Of a stretch of 64,000 bases of DNA, positions 26,744-35,869 are shown piece after piece. Within the stretch, counting starts at the first letter, position 1. Every line of letters starts with the position of its first letter. This DNA comes from an uncultured Chloroflexia bacterium. GTDB lineage: Bacteria; Chloroflexota; Dehalococcoidia; DSTF01; JALHUB01. Position numbers and translations under genes: made by a program. The notes under the pieces are model-generated. The model was not told where the DNA came from, did not search any database, and saw only the letters and a program-made list of their open reading frames with translations. The stretch is taken from the NCBI GenBank assembly GCA_963703345.1, contig OY969814.1, positions 1,408,001 through 1,472,000 on the forward strand. The letters are read 5' to 3'.

Positions 26744-27090
26744 AAAGGCGACGACCAGGAAGCGTCGCGGTTGGGACGGCGGCAGAGAGGGACGCCACGG
26801 CTGAAAGCGCCCCGCCGGGAACACGGCGACAAACCCCCTGCGAGCCGGACGTCGAAAGGAAGCCAGTAGACGTTCCCGGAGGCACCCGTTACCGGCCGAA
26901 TCGAGTCCTCGCACGTGGCGGGCGACGAAGAGTACAGTTCTGCAGGATAAATCCCGCAGCCTGCAGTCAGGGGCTGAGGGGTTTTAACCCTCAGAGTTGC
27001 ACTTCTTCAGGTCTGCGGCCGACGAGACAGCGGGGAGAAACAAGGGTGGAACCACGTGCCTCTCGTCCCTTGGCGAGGGGCATTTCATTT
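26744..27090 (+). promoter_or_regulatory. T-box riboswitch (Thr) leader of thrS
   Basis: Stem I AGAGA...GCTGAAAG, candidate ACC specifier, GAA/AGTA stem II, CCGTTA box, T-box AAGGGTGGAACCACG (~27042), then a terminator TGCCTCTCG...CGAGGGGCA-TTTCATTT. Confidence 0.85.
26938..27018. repeat. Two-hairpin REP/MITE-like module, copy 2, inside the T-box leader
   Basis: ttctgcaggataaatcccgcagc plus ggctgaggggttttaaccctcaga...tctgcgg. Confidence 0.6.
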
Positions 27091-27116
27091 GCAGCGACAA
27101 GACAGCGAGGCATCGC

Positions 27117-28859
27117 ATGGAATCGAAAGACGAACGCCTGCACCGGATGCGACATTCGGCATCGCACATCATGGCCCAGGCCGTGCTCTCCCTGTTCCCG
27201 GAGGCGAAGTTCGCCATCGGCCCGGCAATCGAGAACGGCTTCTACTATGACTTCGACCTCCCGCGCAGCCTGACGCCGGAAGATCTTGCCGTCATCGAGC
27301 AGCGGATGCGCGAGACCGTCGCGGCCGACGTGCCGTTCGAACACGAGGAAGCGACGAAGGAGGAGGCGCGCAGGCTCTTCGCGGCCCAGCCCTACAAGCT
27401 GGAACTGATAGATGACGTCGAAGGCGACACAGTTAGCATCTACCGGCAGGACGGCTTCGTCGATCTCTGCGCCGGCCCCCACGTCGAGGGTACCGGCGAG
27501 GTGAAGGCGTTCAAGCTGACAAACGTCGCCGGCGCTTACTGGCGCGGAGACGAACACCGGCCGATGCTCCAGCGGATCTACGGCGCCCTGTTCGAGACGC
27601 AGGCAGAGCTGGACGACTACCTGCGCCGGCTGGAAGAGGCGCAGCAGCGCGACCATCGACGGCTGGGCCGCGAGCTGGAGCTGTTCATGAGCAGCAGCCT
27701 TGTCGGCGCCGGCCTGCCGCTGTGGCTGCCGAAGGGCGCCACGATTCGTCGCGTCCTCGAAGAGTGGATAACGAAGGAGGAGCGTCAGGCGGGCTATCTT
27801 CACGTCTACACGCCGGACATCGCCAAGCGCGAGCTCTACGAGAAGTCCGGCCACTGGGAGCACTACCAGGAGCTGATGTTTCCGCCGATGAAGCTCGAGC
27901 ACGAGGAGATGGTGCTCCGGCCGATGAACTGCCCGCACCACATCCTCATCTACTCCTCGAAGATGCGGAGCTACCGCGACCTGCCGGTGCGCATCGCTGA
28001 GCTGGGCACGATGTACCGCTTCGAGAAGTCCGGCGTCATGGGCGGCCTGACACGTGTCCGCGTCATGACCCTCAACGACGCCCACATCTTCTGCCGGCCG
28101 GACCAGATCGGCAGCGAGTTCGCCGGAGTGGTCGGCCTCATGGAGAAGGCCTACCGCGTCCTCGGCATCAGCGAGTACTCCTATCGCCTCTCCTTGCGCG
28201 ACCCGAGCGACAGGGGGAAGTTTGTCGACAACGACGCCATGTGGGACCTCGGCGAGCAGAAGCTGCGCGAGGCGATAGACGCCCTCGGCCTGCCGTACGT
28301 CGAAGCCGTCGGGGAAGCGGCGTTCTACGGCCCGAAGGTGGACGTCCAGATCCGCGACATGCTGGGCCGCGAGGAAACGCTCTCGACGATACAGCTCGAT
28401 TTTCACCTGCCCGAGCGCTTCTCGCTGACCTACATCGGCGAGGACGGCCGCGAGCACCAGCCGGTCATGATCCATCGCGGCGTCATCAGCACGATGGAGC
28501 GGATGACCGCCTACCTCATCGAGCAGTATGCGGGCGCCTTCCCGCTCTGGCTGGCGCCCATCCAGGCCGTGGTCGTGCCCATCGCCGACCGGCACATCGA
28601 ATACGGTCAGAAGGTCGCCGAGGCGCTCAAGCAGGCCGACCTGCGCGTGGAAGTCGACGACCGCAACGAGCGCATGAACGCCAAGATCCGCGACGCGCAG
28701 CTTCAGAAGGTGCCGTACATGCTCGTCGTCGGCGACAGGGAAGCCGAAGCGGGGACCGTCAACGTTCGCCTGCGCAACGGCGACAACCTGGGCGCGATGC
28801 CGCTCGACGAGCTCCTCGCGCGGCTGCAGCGCGAGGTCGCAGAACATAGCCAGACCTAG
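27117..28859 (+). CDS. thrS: Threonine--tRNA ligase (short form without N-terminal TGS)
   Basis: HSASHIMAQAV, DLC.GPH, RDHR.LG, RPMNCP.H and AFYGPK motifs; T-box upstream. Confidence 0.97.
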   Translation: MESKDERLHRMRHSASHIMAQAVLSLFPEAKFAIGPAIENGFYYDFDLPRSLTPEDLAVIEQRMRETVAADVPFEHEEATKEEARRLFAAQPYKLELIDDVEGDTVSIYRQDGFVDLCAGPHVEGTGEVKAFKLTNVAGAYWRGDEHRPMLQRIYGALFETQAELDDYLRRLEEAQQRDHRRLGRELELFMSSSLVGAGLPLWLPKGATIRRVLEEWITKEERQAGYLHVYTPDIAKRELYEKSGHWEHYQELMFPPMKLEHEEMVLRPMNCPHHILIYSSKMRSYRDLPVRIAELGTMYRFEKSGVMGGLTRVRVMTLNDAHIFCRPDQIGSEFAGVVGLMEKAYRVLGISEYSYRLSLRDPSDRGKFVDNDAMWDLGEQKLREAIDALGLPYVEAVGEAAFYGPKVDVQIRDMLGREETLSTIQLDFHLPERFSLTYIGEDGREHQPVMIHRGVISTMERMTAYLIEQYAGAFPLWLAPIQAVVVPIADRHIEYGQKVAEALKQADLRVEVDDRNERMNAKIRDAQLQKVPYMLVVGDREAEAGTVNVRLRNGDNLGAMPLDELLARLQREVAEHSQT

Positions 28860-28873
28860 CAAGGAAGCGAAGC

Positions 28874-30400
28874 TTGTTCAAGAAGCTGCTCGTAGCGAAT
28901 CGCGGCGAGATCGCGCTGAGAGTCATGCGCACCTGTCGCGACTTGGGGGTCGCGGTGGTCGCCGTCTACTCCGACGCCGACCGCACGGCGCTCCACGTCC
29001 GCTACGCCGACGAGGCGTATCTCCTCGGCCCCGCCACGGCGGGCGAAAGCTACCTCAACATCGAACGCGTCATCGACGCCGCCGAACGCTCCGGCGCGGA
29101 GGCGGTCCATCCCGGCTACGGCTTTCTGGCCGAGAACGCGGCCTTCGTCGACGCCTGCGACAGCGCTGGCATCGCCTTCATCGGCCCTTCGTCGCGCGCG
29201 ATGCGCCTTCTGGGCGACAAGGTCGCGGCCCGTCGTCTGGCCGCCGCCGAGGGCGTTCCCGTTGTCCCGGGCGAAGACGCCGTCGCGACCGGCGAAGAGG
29301 CGCTCGCCGGTGCCGACAGGCTGGGCTATCCAGTCCTCGTCAAAGCGGTGGCCGGCGGCGGTGGCAAGGGGATACGGCTGGTGCGGGACCGCGCCGAAAT
29401 GGAAGCGGCCCTGCGGGTCGCTGGCAGCGAAGCGTCGTCCGCTTTCGGCGACCACGCCCTCTACATTGAGAAGCTGCTCGAGAATGTGCGCCACGTTGAG
29501 GTGCAGCTTCTCGCCGATGCCTTGGGCAACGTCGTCGCCCTGGGCGAGCGGGAGTGCTCGATCCAGCGCCGCCACCAGAAGCTCATCGAAGAGTCGCCTT
29601 CGCCCGCCGTCGACGCGTCGCTTCGCCAGGCGTTGGGGGCAGCCGCCGTCAAGATCGCGCGCGCGGCCGGCTACCGCAACGCCGGCACAGCGGAGTTCCT
29701 GCTGGATTCGCAGGGTCGCTTCTACTTCCTCGAGGTCAACGCTCGACTCCAGGTGGAGCACCCCGTGACGGAGCTCGTGACCGGCCTCGACCTCGTAGCG
29801 GAGCAACTGCGCCTCGCCGCCGCAGAGCGCCTCGGGTACGATATCGTGGAAATGCGCGGCTGGGCGCTGGAGTGCCGGATCGCCGCCGAAGACCCCTATA
29901 ATGACTTTCTGCCGTCGCTCGGCCGCGTGGACTACGTTAGCCAGCCGGCAGGCCCGGGCATCCGCGTCGACAGCGCTCTCTTCGCGGGCTGCGACGTTTC
30001 CTACCACTACGATCCGATGATCGCAAAAGTGATCGCCTGGGGCCGCGACCGCGACGAGGCGATTCGCCGGATGCGGCGGGCGCTGGCCGAGTTCGTAATC
30101 GTCGGCGTCAACACGAACATCCCGCTGCACATCCAGTTGCTCGAAGACCCGCGTTTCCTCGCCGGCAACATCCACACAACTTTCCTCGAGAGGGAGTTCA
30201 AAGCCGCAATCGCGTCGGACGAACAAGAGCGCCGGATTGCGCTGCTTGCGGCGGCCGTGCTGACACACCGGCGCGACAAGCGGTCGCGGGACGTGGTGTC
30301 GGCGAAGGACGGCGGGCGCTGGAAGACCCATTGGAGGCAAGCTGCGTTGAGGAGCAGCGATAGAGCGGAAGGGAAGGCATGGCGGCGAAGCAGCGACTGA
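28874..30400 (+). CDS. accC: Biotin carboxylase subunit (acetyl/propionyl/methylcrotonyl-CoA carboxylase)
   Basis: ANRGEIA, HPGYGFLAEN, GGGGKG, RECSIQRRHQK and EVNARLQVEHPVTE motifs. Confidence 0.9.
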   Translation: MFKKLLVANRGEIALRVMRTCRDLGVAVVAVYSDADRTALHVRYADEAYLLGPATAGESYLNIERVIDAAERSGAEAVHPGYGFLAENAAFVDACDSAGIAFIGPSSRAMRLLGDKVAARRLAAAEGVPVVPGEDAVATGEEALAGADRLGYPVLVKAVAGGGGKGIRLVRDRAEMEAALRVAGSEASSAFGDHALYIEKLLENVRHVEVQLLADALGNVVALGERECSIQRRHQKLIEESPSPAVDASLRQALGAAAVKIARAAGYRNAGTAEFLLDSQGRFYFLEVNARLQVEHPVTELVTGLDLVAEQLRLAAAERLGYDIVEMRGWALECRIAAEDPYNDFLPSLGRVDYVSQPAGPGIRVDSALFAGCDVSYHYDPMIAKVIAWGRDRDEAIRRMRRALAEFVIVGVNTNIPLHIQLLEDPRFLAGNIHTTFLEREFKAAIASDEQERRIALLAAAVLTHRRDKRSRDVVSAKDGGRWKTHWRQAALRSSDRAEGKAWRRSSD

Positions 30401-30894
30401 AGCTGGGCGACGACGTCAAGGACGTCGAGATCGAGGAGAGCGGGCAGGTCGTGCTCGCCACGCTCGACGGCGTCAAGCACGAGCTGCGGCTGGAGCGCAT
30501 CGGCGATTCCGCCGAGTACTGCCTCATCGTCGATGGCCGGCCGCACCAGCTTTTCGCCGAGGAATCGCCGCACGGATACGAGATCATGGTCAACGGGCAC
30601 ACCTATTCCGTGACTACGACTCGCTTCGCACGTCCCGCCGTCGCTGTGCAGGGCGAGACGCTGCCGGCGCAGGCGGACGAGGAGTGGGTGCAGATATCGC
30701 CGATGGCCGGCGTGGTGCAAAGGGTGCTCGTGGCGCCGGACGACCGCGTCGAGGCGGGTGACGCCCTGCTGGTCATCGAGGCGATGAAGATGCAGAACGA
30801 GTTGCACGCGCATCGGAGCGGCCAGGTGAAGGCCGTCTACGTCACTGTCGGGCAGCAGGTGGAGCCCGGAACACCGCTGCTCGTGCTACTCTAG
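30379..30894 (+). CDS. Biotin carboxyl carrier protein
   Basis: SPMAG.V and IEAMKMQNE biotinylation motif. Confidence 0.9.
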   Translation: MAAKQRLKLGDDVKDVEIEESGQVVLATLDGVKHELRLERIGDSAEYCLIVDGRPHQLFAEESPHGYEIMVNGHTYSVTTTRFARPAVAVQGETLPAQADEEWVQISPMAGVVQRVLVAPDDRVEAGDALLVIEAMKMQNELHAHRSGQVKAVYVTVGQQVEPGTPLLVLL

Positions 30895-30918
30895 GTATAG
30901 GGCTCGGAAAGGATACCC

Positions 30919-30943
30919 GTGGGGCAGGCGTCCTGCTTGCCCG
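30919..30943. repeat. REP-like palindrome GTGGGGCAGGCGTCCTGCTTGCCCG
   Basis: GTGG-initiated imperfect hairpin in intergenic DNA. Confidence 0.4.
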
Positions 30944-30980
30944 CAGACAAGCGGGAAATCTCGCGATTGGAGACGCAGCA

Positions 30981-32516
30981 ATGCAAGACTACCCCTGGTG
31001 GAACGACGCGCAGAAAAGGCTCATGGCGGACGCCCGCACCTTCACGACCGAAGTTCTCACCCCCCTTGCGGAACGCTCGGTCGTTAAGAAGGAGTATCCC
31101 TGGGCGGCGGTGCGCGAGATCGCCAGCAAGGGGTGGTTCGGCGCGACGACACCTGAGAAGTACGGCGGCCACCTGGAAGAATGGGGCGTCACCGGCGCTT
31201 GTATCCTGACAGAGGAGGTGAGCCGCGCCGGCGTCCTTGGCGCCGCCTATACAACCTGCCTCATCGGTGCGACGGCGCAACTGGTGCACAACGGCAGCGA
31301 GGAGCAGAAGCAGAGATGGCTCCCGGGGCTGGCGAAGGGCGACCTCCTCGGCTGCATCACGATGACGGAGCCGTACGCGGGATCGGACATCGCCGAGATC
31401 GAGACGACCGGCGTTCGCGACGGCGACTGCATCGTCGTCAACGGCATAAAGCGCTTCCAGACGAACGCCGCCGCCGCCGACCTCTACATGGCCTACGTCA
31501 AGACCAGCGAAGACCCGGCCGTTCGGGCAAAGTACGGACATCTCACCGGCATGATCATGGAAAAGGGGATGCCCGGCTTCCACGTCGAGCGCGTGAACGA
31601 TTGGGCGGGCTCCGCCGGCATGTACAACTGCTATTTGCGCTTCGACGACGTTCGGGTGCCGCTGGAGAACGTCATCGGCGGCGAGGGCGAGGGCTGGCGC
31701 GTGATGATGGACGGCCTCAACGTGGAGCGCATCGTGAACGGCGCCACGTACCTGGGGGAGATACGCGAAGCCATCCGCTATGCCCGTCAGCACCTGGAGC
31801 GGCGCATCCAGTTCCGCCAGCCAACCGGCGCGATTGCCGTCAACCAGTTCAAGCTTTCCGACATGTATTCGAAGTATATGCTGTCGCGCCTCATCGTCTT
31901 CTACGCCGCCTACGCCGCGGACCTCGGTCGGGACGTGCCGATCGAGGCGGGCCTTTGCAAGCTGTTCGCTTCCGACTCGCAACTGCAAATCGCCATCGAA
32001 GCGATTCAGTGCATGGGTGGCAACGGCGTGATGCAGATCTACCCGGCCGAGCGATACATGCGTGATGCGAAGCTGAACCAGATAGCCGCCGGCACGAACG
32101 AAATACTGCGACTTCTCATCTACCGCATGGGCAATCGCGAGTTCGCCGACGACCTTCAGCCGCCGGTGCGCGTCATCGACGAGGAGCTGGATACGCCGCT
32201 GCCGCTGGGCAAGGCGCCGCAGCCGAAGCCGGTCAGCAGCGAGATGGACGTCCTGAAGGTGCTAGCCGAGAACTACCGCGTCAATCCGGGACTGCACATG
32301 ACAATTGGCGACATCAAGCAGTTCCTAGACGCGCCGGACGACGTTCTGCTCCGGCACCTCGCTTCGCTGGAGGAGAAGGGGCTGGCGTCGCAATACAAGA
32401 ACCGCCGCGGCCAAGTAGAGATGGCGAAAGCGACGCTGCGGGGCATCAGGGAAGCGAATCCGCCGGAATACTACCGGCACATCCCGTCCTGGGTATCGCC
32501 GGAGGACGTTTTCTAG
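30981..32516 (+). CDS. Acyl-CoA dehydrogenase with C-terminal extension
   Basis: MTEPYAGSD, NGIKRF.TN, R.QF and A.Q.MGG.G...YP.ERYMRDAK...I.AGTNE motifs, plus ~120 extra residues. Confidence 0.88.
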   Translation: MQDYPWWNDAQKRLMADARTFTTEVLTPLAERSVVKKEYPWAAVREIASKGWFGATTPEKYGGHLEEWGVTGACILTEEVSRAGVLGAAYTTCLIGATAQLVHNGSEEQKQRWLPGLAKGDLLGCITMTEPYAGSDIAEIETTGVRDGDCIVVNGIKRFQTNAAAADLYMAYVKTSEDPAVRAKYGHLTGMIMEKGMPGFHVERVNDWAGSAGMYNCYLRFDDVRVPLENVIGGEGEGWRVMMDGLNVERIVNGATYLGEIREAIRYARQHLERRIQFRQPTGAIAVNQFKLSDMYSKYMLSRLIVFYAAYAADLGRDVPIEAGLCKLFASDSQLQIAIEAIQCMGGNGVMQIYPAERYMRDAKLNQIAAGTNEILRLLIYRMGNREFADDLQPPVRVIDEELDTPLPLGKAPQPKPVSSEMDVLKVLAENYRVNPGLHMTIGDIKQFLDAPDDVLLRHLASLEEKGLASQYKNRRGQVEMAKATLRGIREANPPEYYRHIPSWVSPEDVF

Positions 32517-32583
32517 CGGCGGGAACGCGGCAACGTCTCCGTCTGCGACGGACTCGTCGCGCCGAATCTGCGATGGGCCTCGC

Positions 32584-32991
32584 CTACGCCGCCATCGGCA
32601 CCTGGTCCACGAGCGTGTCGATCTGCTTGCTGATTTTGCCTTCGATCTCGAAGTTCCAGAGCGTCTCCGGAACGTCGACGAGAAGGAACAGCGGCGATAT
32701 CAGCAGACCCTCGACCGCCGTCACGCCCAGATGCTCCAGCCACCTGCCGATTCCGAGCCTTACGGTGAAATTGTTGGGCTCACCGTCGAGAAGAACCGTA
32801 AGCGCCCGGTCGGCGGCGATGATGGCGCTCAGCCAGTTGCCCTTCTTCGCCTGGAGCACTGTGCCATGCGCACTCGCCGGCGACGTCTGCACCTGAAAGC
32901 CGTCTTGCTGTAGATACTCAACGATTCTGTTCTTCAAGGCCTCGAGGTCGACGTTCTTGCCCTCGTAGTGCCGTACTGACTCTCCAATCAC
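32584..32991 (-). CDS. Hypothetical protein (alpha/beta N-terminus, hydrophobic C-terminal hairpin)
   Basis: Clean ORF with AGGAGAG SD and host-like codon use. Confidence 0.7.
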   Translation of the reverse strand: MIGESVRHYEGKNVDLEALKNRIVEYLQQDGFQVQTSPASAHGTVLQAKKGNWLSAIIAADRALTVLLDGEPNNFTVRLGIGRWLEHLGVTAVEGLLISPLFLLVDVPETLWNFEIEGKISKQIDTLVDQVPMAA

Positions 32992-33043
32992 GACGCTCTC
33001 CTTTCGCCCATCGTTCGCCGCGAGGTCCGGCCTCGAGCCGTAA

Positions 33044-33214
33044 CTACTCGTCGTGGATCAACGAGCGTATCTGCTGGACCATTTCCGGCGTCGGCTCCAT
33101 CTTGTGGACCTCCTTGGCATGTTGACCGGCCATCTTAAGGAGCTCCTCCTCGCTGTTGGCCTTGCCGCTCCAGGTGCAATCCATCCCGGTGTCCTTGCAA
33201 TTCAGTACTTTCAC
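33044..33214 (-). CDS. DUF1059-like small predicted metal-binding protein (56 aa)
   Basis: Manually translated as MKVLNCKDTGMDCTWSGKANSEEELLKMAGQHAKEVHKMEPTPEMVQQIRSLIHDE. C-x6-C...H-x4-H pattern, AAGGAGG SD. Confidence 0.8.
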   Translation of the reverse strand: MKVLNCKDTGMDCTWSGKANSEEELLKMAGQHAKEVHKMEPTPEMVQQIRSLIHDE

Positions 33215-33276
33215 TCGTTCTTCCTCCTTTGTGTTCCACTCGAATGTCGAACGACGACGAGGCTTCCCTAACTCGT

Positions 33277-33606
33277 TTACTGCTGTCCGCCACCAGACGC
33301 CAGCGCCTCGCGGACCGCCTGCGCCTCGGCTTCCAGGTCCCTCAGATAAGCCTCGAGATCACCGCTTCGTTCCTGCTTGCTGAAGAAGCGGCGCTGAAGT
33401 CTCGGAGCATCGCCGCCGCCGCACGAGCAGCCATGGCGCCCGCAGGAACAGCCGCCGCCGTGACCGCCGCCGCAACAGCATTGGCCGCCGCTCTGATGGC
33501 AGCTACAGCCGCAACCGCAACTGCAATGGTGTCCATGTCCGCCGTGGTGTCCGTGATGGCCGCCACCGCCGCACTGTCCTCCCCATTCGCCCGAAGTGCC
33601 ATGCAT
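33277..33606 (-). CDS. His/Cys/Gly-rich small protein with C-terminal coiled coil (DUF5320-like tail)
   Basis: GGGHHGHHGGHGHHCSCGCGCSCH...CCCGGG...CSCG, then RRFFSKQE...LEAYLRDLEAEAQAVRE; AAGGAGG SD. Confidence 0.75.
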   Translation of the reverse strand: MHGTSGEWGGQCGGGGHHGHHGGHGHHCSCGCGCSCHQSGGQCCCGGGHGGGCSCGRHGCSCGGGDAPRLQRRFFSKQERSGDLEAYLRDLEAEAQAVREALASGGGQQ

Positions 33607-33830
33607 GACGTTCCTCCTTCTTCTTGAGTCCGTCGATCAAGAATGCTGAGTTTAGTCTAGGAGCTGCGCATGCAGCGGACGTGAGTTTTGCGGTGTTAAC
33701 GTGAAGGAAGGGTGAAGGCGAAGGCGGTTGGTGCAAGTTCGTCGTTCTGATAGGATCGCGGCGGAAGGGAAGCGGCCTTCCTCTTGTGAAGGAGGCCGAA
33801 CGAGTGGAAATACGCGGTTGAGGTGGCGGA

Positions 33831-35783
33831 CTGTCTGAGCACCCTGCGGACACAGCTAATCACCGGTTCTCCTACCGGCCGGCCCTGGACGGCATCCGAG
33901 CCCTGGCGGTAGCGGCCGTTCTTGCCTACCACGGCAACCTGCCCTGGGCGAAAGGCGGCTTCCTTGGCGTAGATGCCTTCTTCGTCCTGAGCGGCTATCT
34001 AATCACCAGCCTTCTACTGCTGGAGTGGCGTACGCGGGGGAAGATCTCGCCGATAGCGTTCTGGTCGCGGCGGGCGAGGCGACTTCTTCCCGCACTTTTC
34101 CTGATGCTCATAGGCGTCGCCTTCTACGCCGTTGTCTTTGCTGCGCCGCAGGAGCTGGCGAAGATACGAGGCGATGCGCTGGCCACCATCGCCTACGTCG
34201 CCAACTGGCGGCCCGTCTTTAGCGGCCAGTCGTATTTCGATCAGTTCTCCATGCCGTCACCACTCAGGCATACATGGTCGCTGGGAATAGAGGAGCAATA
34301 CTACGCCTTCTGGCCGTTGCTTCTCCTCCTCGTCCTGAAGATCAAGAAGATCACCCTGGGCAAGCTGATGCTGGGGACGATTGTGGCCGCGGCCTGCTCT
34401 GCCCTGCTCATGGCGCTTCTCTTTCATCCCGGCGTCAACCCCTCGCGCGTCTACTACGGCACCGACACGCGTGCCCAATCGCTATTCGTAGGCGCTACCC
34501 TCGCCGTCCTTCTCCTGCGGCTGGGGCCGATAGAGGGCCGAATTGGCTGGCCTGCCCTACAGGGAGCGGGCCTCGCGTTTGCGGCGATAGTCGCCTTCAT
34601 CTGGCTGAGGACGACAGAGAGCAGCGACCTTCTGTATCGGGGCGGCTTCTTCTTCCTGGCCCTGAGCGTAGCCGTCGTCATAGCGGCCTCCGTGCAGCCG
34701 AAGGCGGGACCTGTAGGCAAGCTCCTCTCGCTGCCGCCTTTGCGGGCCCTGGGGCTCATCTCCTACGGTGTCTACCTCTGGCACTGGCCGATCTTCTTGA
34801 TGCTGACGCCGGGTCGCGTCCACCTGGGGCTGTACGAGCTCTTTGCCCTGAGGGTGGCCGTCACCCTTGCCGTGTGCACCCTTTCCTACCACCTGCTGGA
34901 GATGCCGATAAGGCGGGGCGCCTTTCGAGGCCGCAAGATCACCTGGAGCTTCGCCCCGGCGGGCGCCGCCTGCCTGGCCGTGGCGCTGGTCGTCGTGACG
35001 AGGGGGCCCACGGGACCGGGCGCGTACGCCGTGAACACGCCCGACGTGATGCCGACGCAGGCACAAGGAGGGAGCCAGCCGCCCATCCGCGTCATGGTCT
35101 TCGGTGAGTCAGTCGCTTTCTCGTTGGATTCGGGGATGCAGGAGGTGGCACCAGAGTACAATCTCTCCGTCTGGAACCGGTCGACCCTTGGCTGCGGATT
35201 CTCGGATGTGGATTCGGAAATGAGCTTGACCGGCGAAAGCGGCAAGCAGGCGGCGGACCGGTGCAAGGAGTGGCGCCAGTCGTGGCAGCAGGACCTGACG
35301 GCCTTCAATCCCGATATCGTCCTCATGGTTTTCGGGGCCTGGGACAGCGAAGACCGTGTCGTCGGCGGCAAGACGCTTGCCGCCGGTAGCCCCGAATGGG
35401 CCGACTTTCTCTCGCAGTCGCTTGAGGAGAAGTTCGAGATATTGACGGCAGGCGGAGCAAAGCTGATGCTGGCCACCTTCCCCTATACGAGGCCGTGGGT
35501 CTGGTCGACTCTATCGAATGGAGATGAGCTCGAGCAGAGCACGCGACGGCGGGAAGCAGCGCTAAACGACATCTACCGCGAGTTCGCAGCGCAGCATCCA
35601 GACAAGGTCGTGCTGGTTGAGTTCAACGCGTTTGCCTGCCCCGGCGACAAGTATAGCGATCTCTATATCGACGGTGTCAGGATGCGCCAGGACGGCGTCC
35701 ACTTCACAACCGGAGGCTCGACCGTCGTTGCCCGCTGGCTGGCGCCGCAGATCGTCGCTGCCGCGGGGAGGCCCGCTCAATGA
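33831..35783 (+). CDS. OatA-like O-acyltransferase (AT3 membrane domain + SGNH domain), paralog 1
   Basis: YRPALDGIRALAV, GVDAFFVLSGYLIT, HTWSLGIEEQYY, SYGVYLWHWP and DGVHF motifs. The conserved N-terminus requires a CTG start at 33831 (in-frame TGA at 33819). Confidence 0.88.
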   Translation: MSEHPADTANHRFSYRPALDGIRALAVAAVLAYHGNLPWAKGGFLGVDAFFVLSGYLITSLLLLEWRTRGKISPIAFWSRRARRLLPALFLMLIGVAFYAVVFAAPQELAKIRGDALATIAYVANWRPVFSGQSYFDQFSMPSPLRHTWSLGIEEQYYAFWPLLLLLVLKIKKITLGKLMLGTIVAAACSALLMALLFHPGVNPSRVYYGTDTRAQSLFVGATLAVLLLRLGPIEGRIGWPALQGAGLAFAAIVAFIWLRTTESSDLLYRGGFFFLALSVAVVIAASVQPKAGPVGKLLSLPPLRALGLISYGVYLWHWPIFLMLTPGRVHLGLYELFALRVAVTLAVCTLSYHLLEMPIRRGAFRGRKITWSFAPAGAACLAVALVVVTRGPTGPGAYAVNTPDVMPTQAQGGSQPPIRVMVFGESVAFSLDSGMQEVAPEYNLSVWNRSTLGCGFSDVDSEMSLTGESGKQAADRCKEWRQSWQQDLTAFNPDIVLMVFGAWDSEDRVVGGKTLAAGSPEWADFLSQSLEEKFEILTAGGAKLMLATFPYTRPWVWSTLSNGDELEQSTRRREAALNDIYREFAAQHPDKVVLVEFNAFACPGDKYSDLYIDGVRMRQDGVHFTTGGSTVVARWLAPQIVAAAGRPAQ

Positions 35784-35869
35784 GGCCCGCCGCCTGAGCT
35801 TCACGCAAGCAGCATCGACGCGGTATCATCAGCACGTCTTTGGATGAATCGTGCGGTTGAGGTGGCGAA

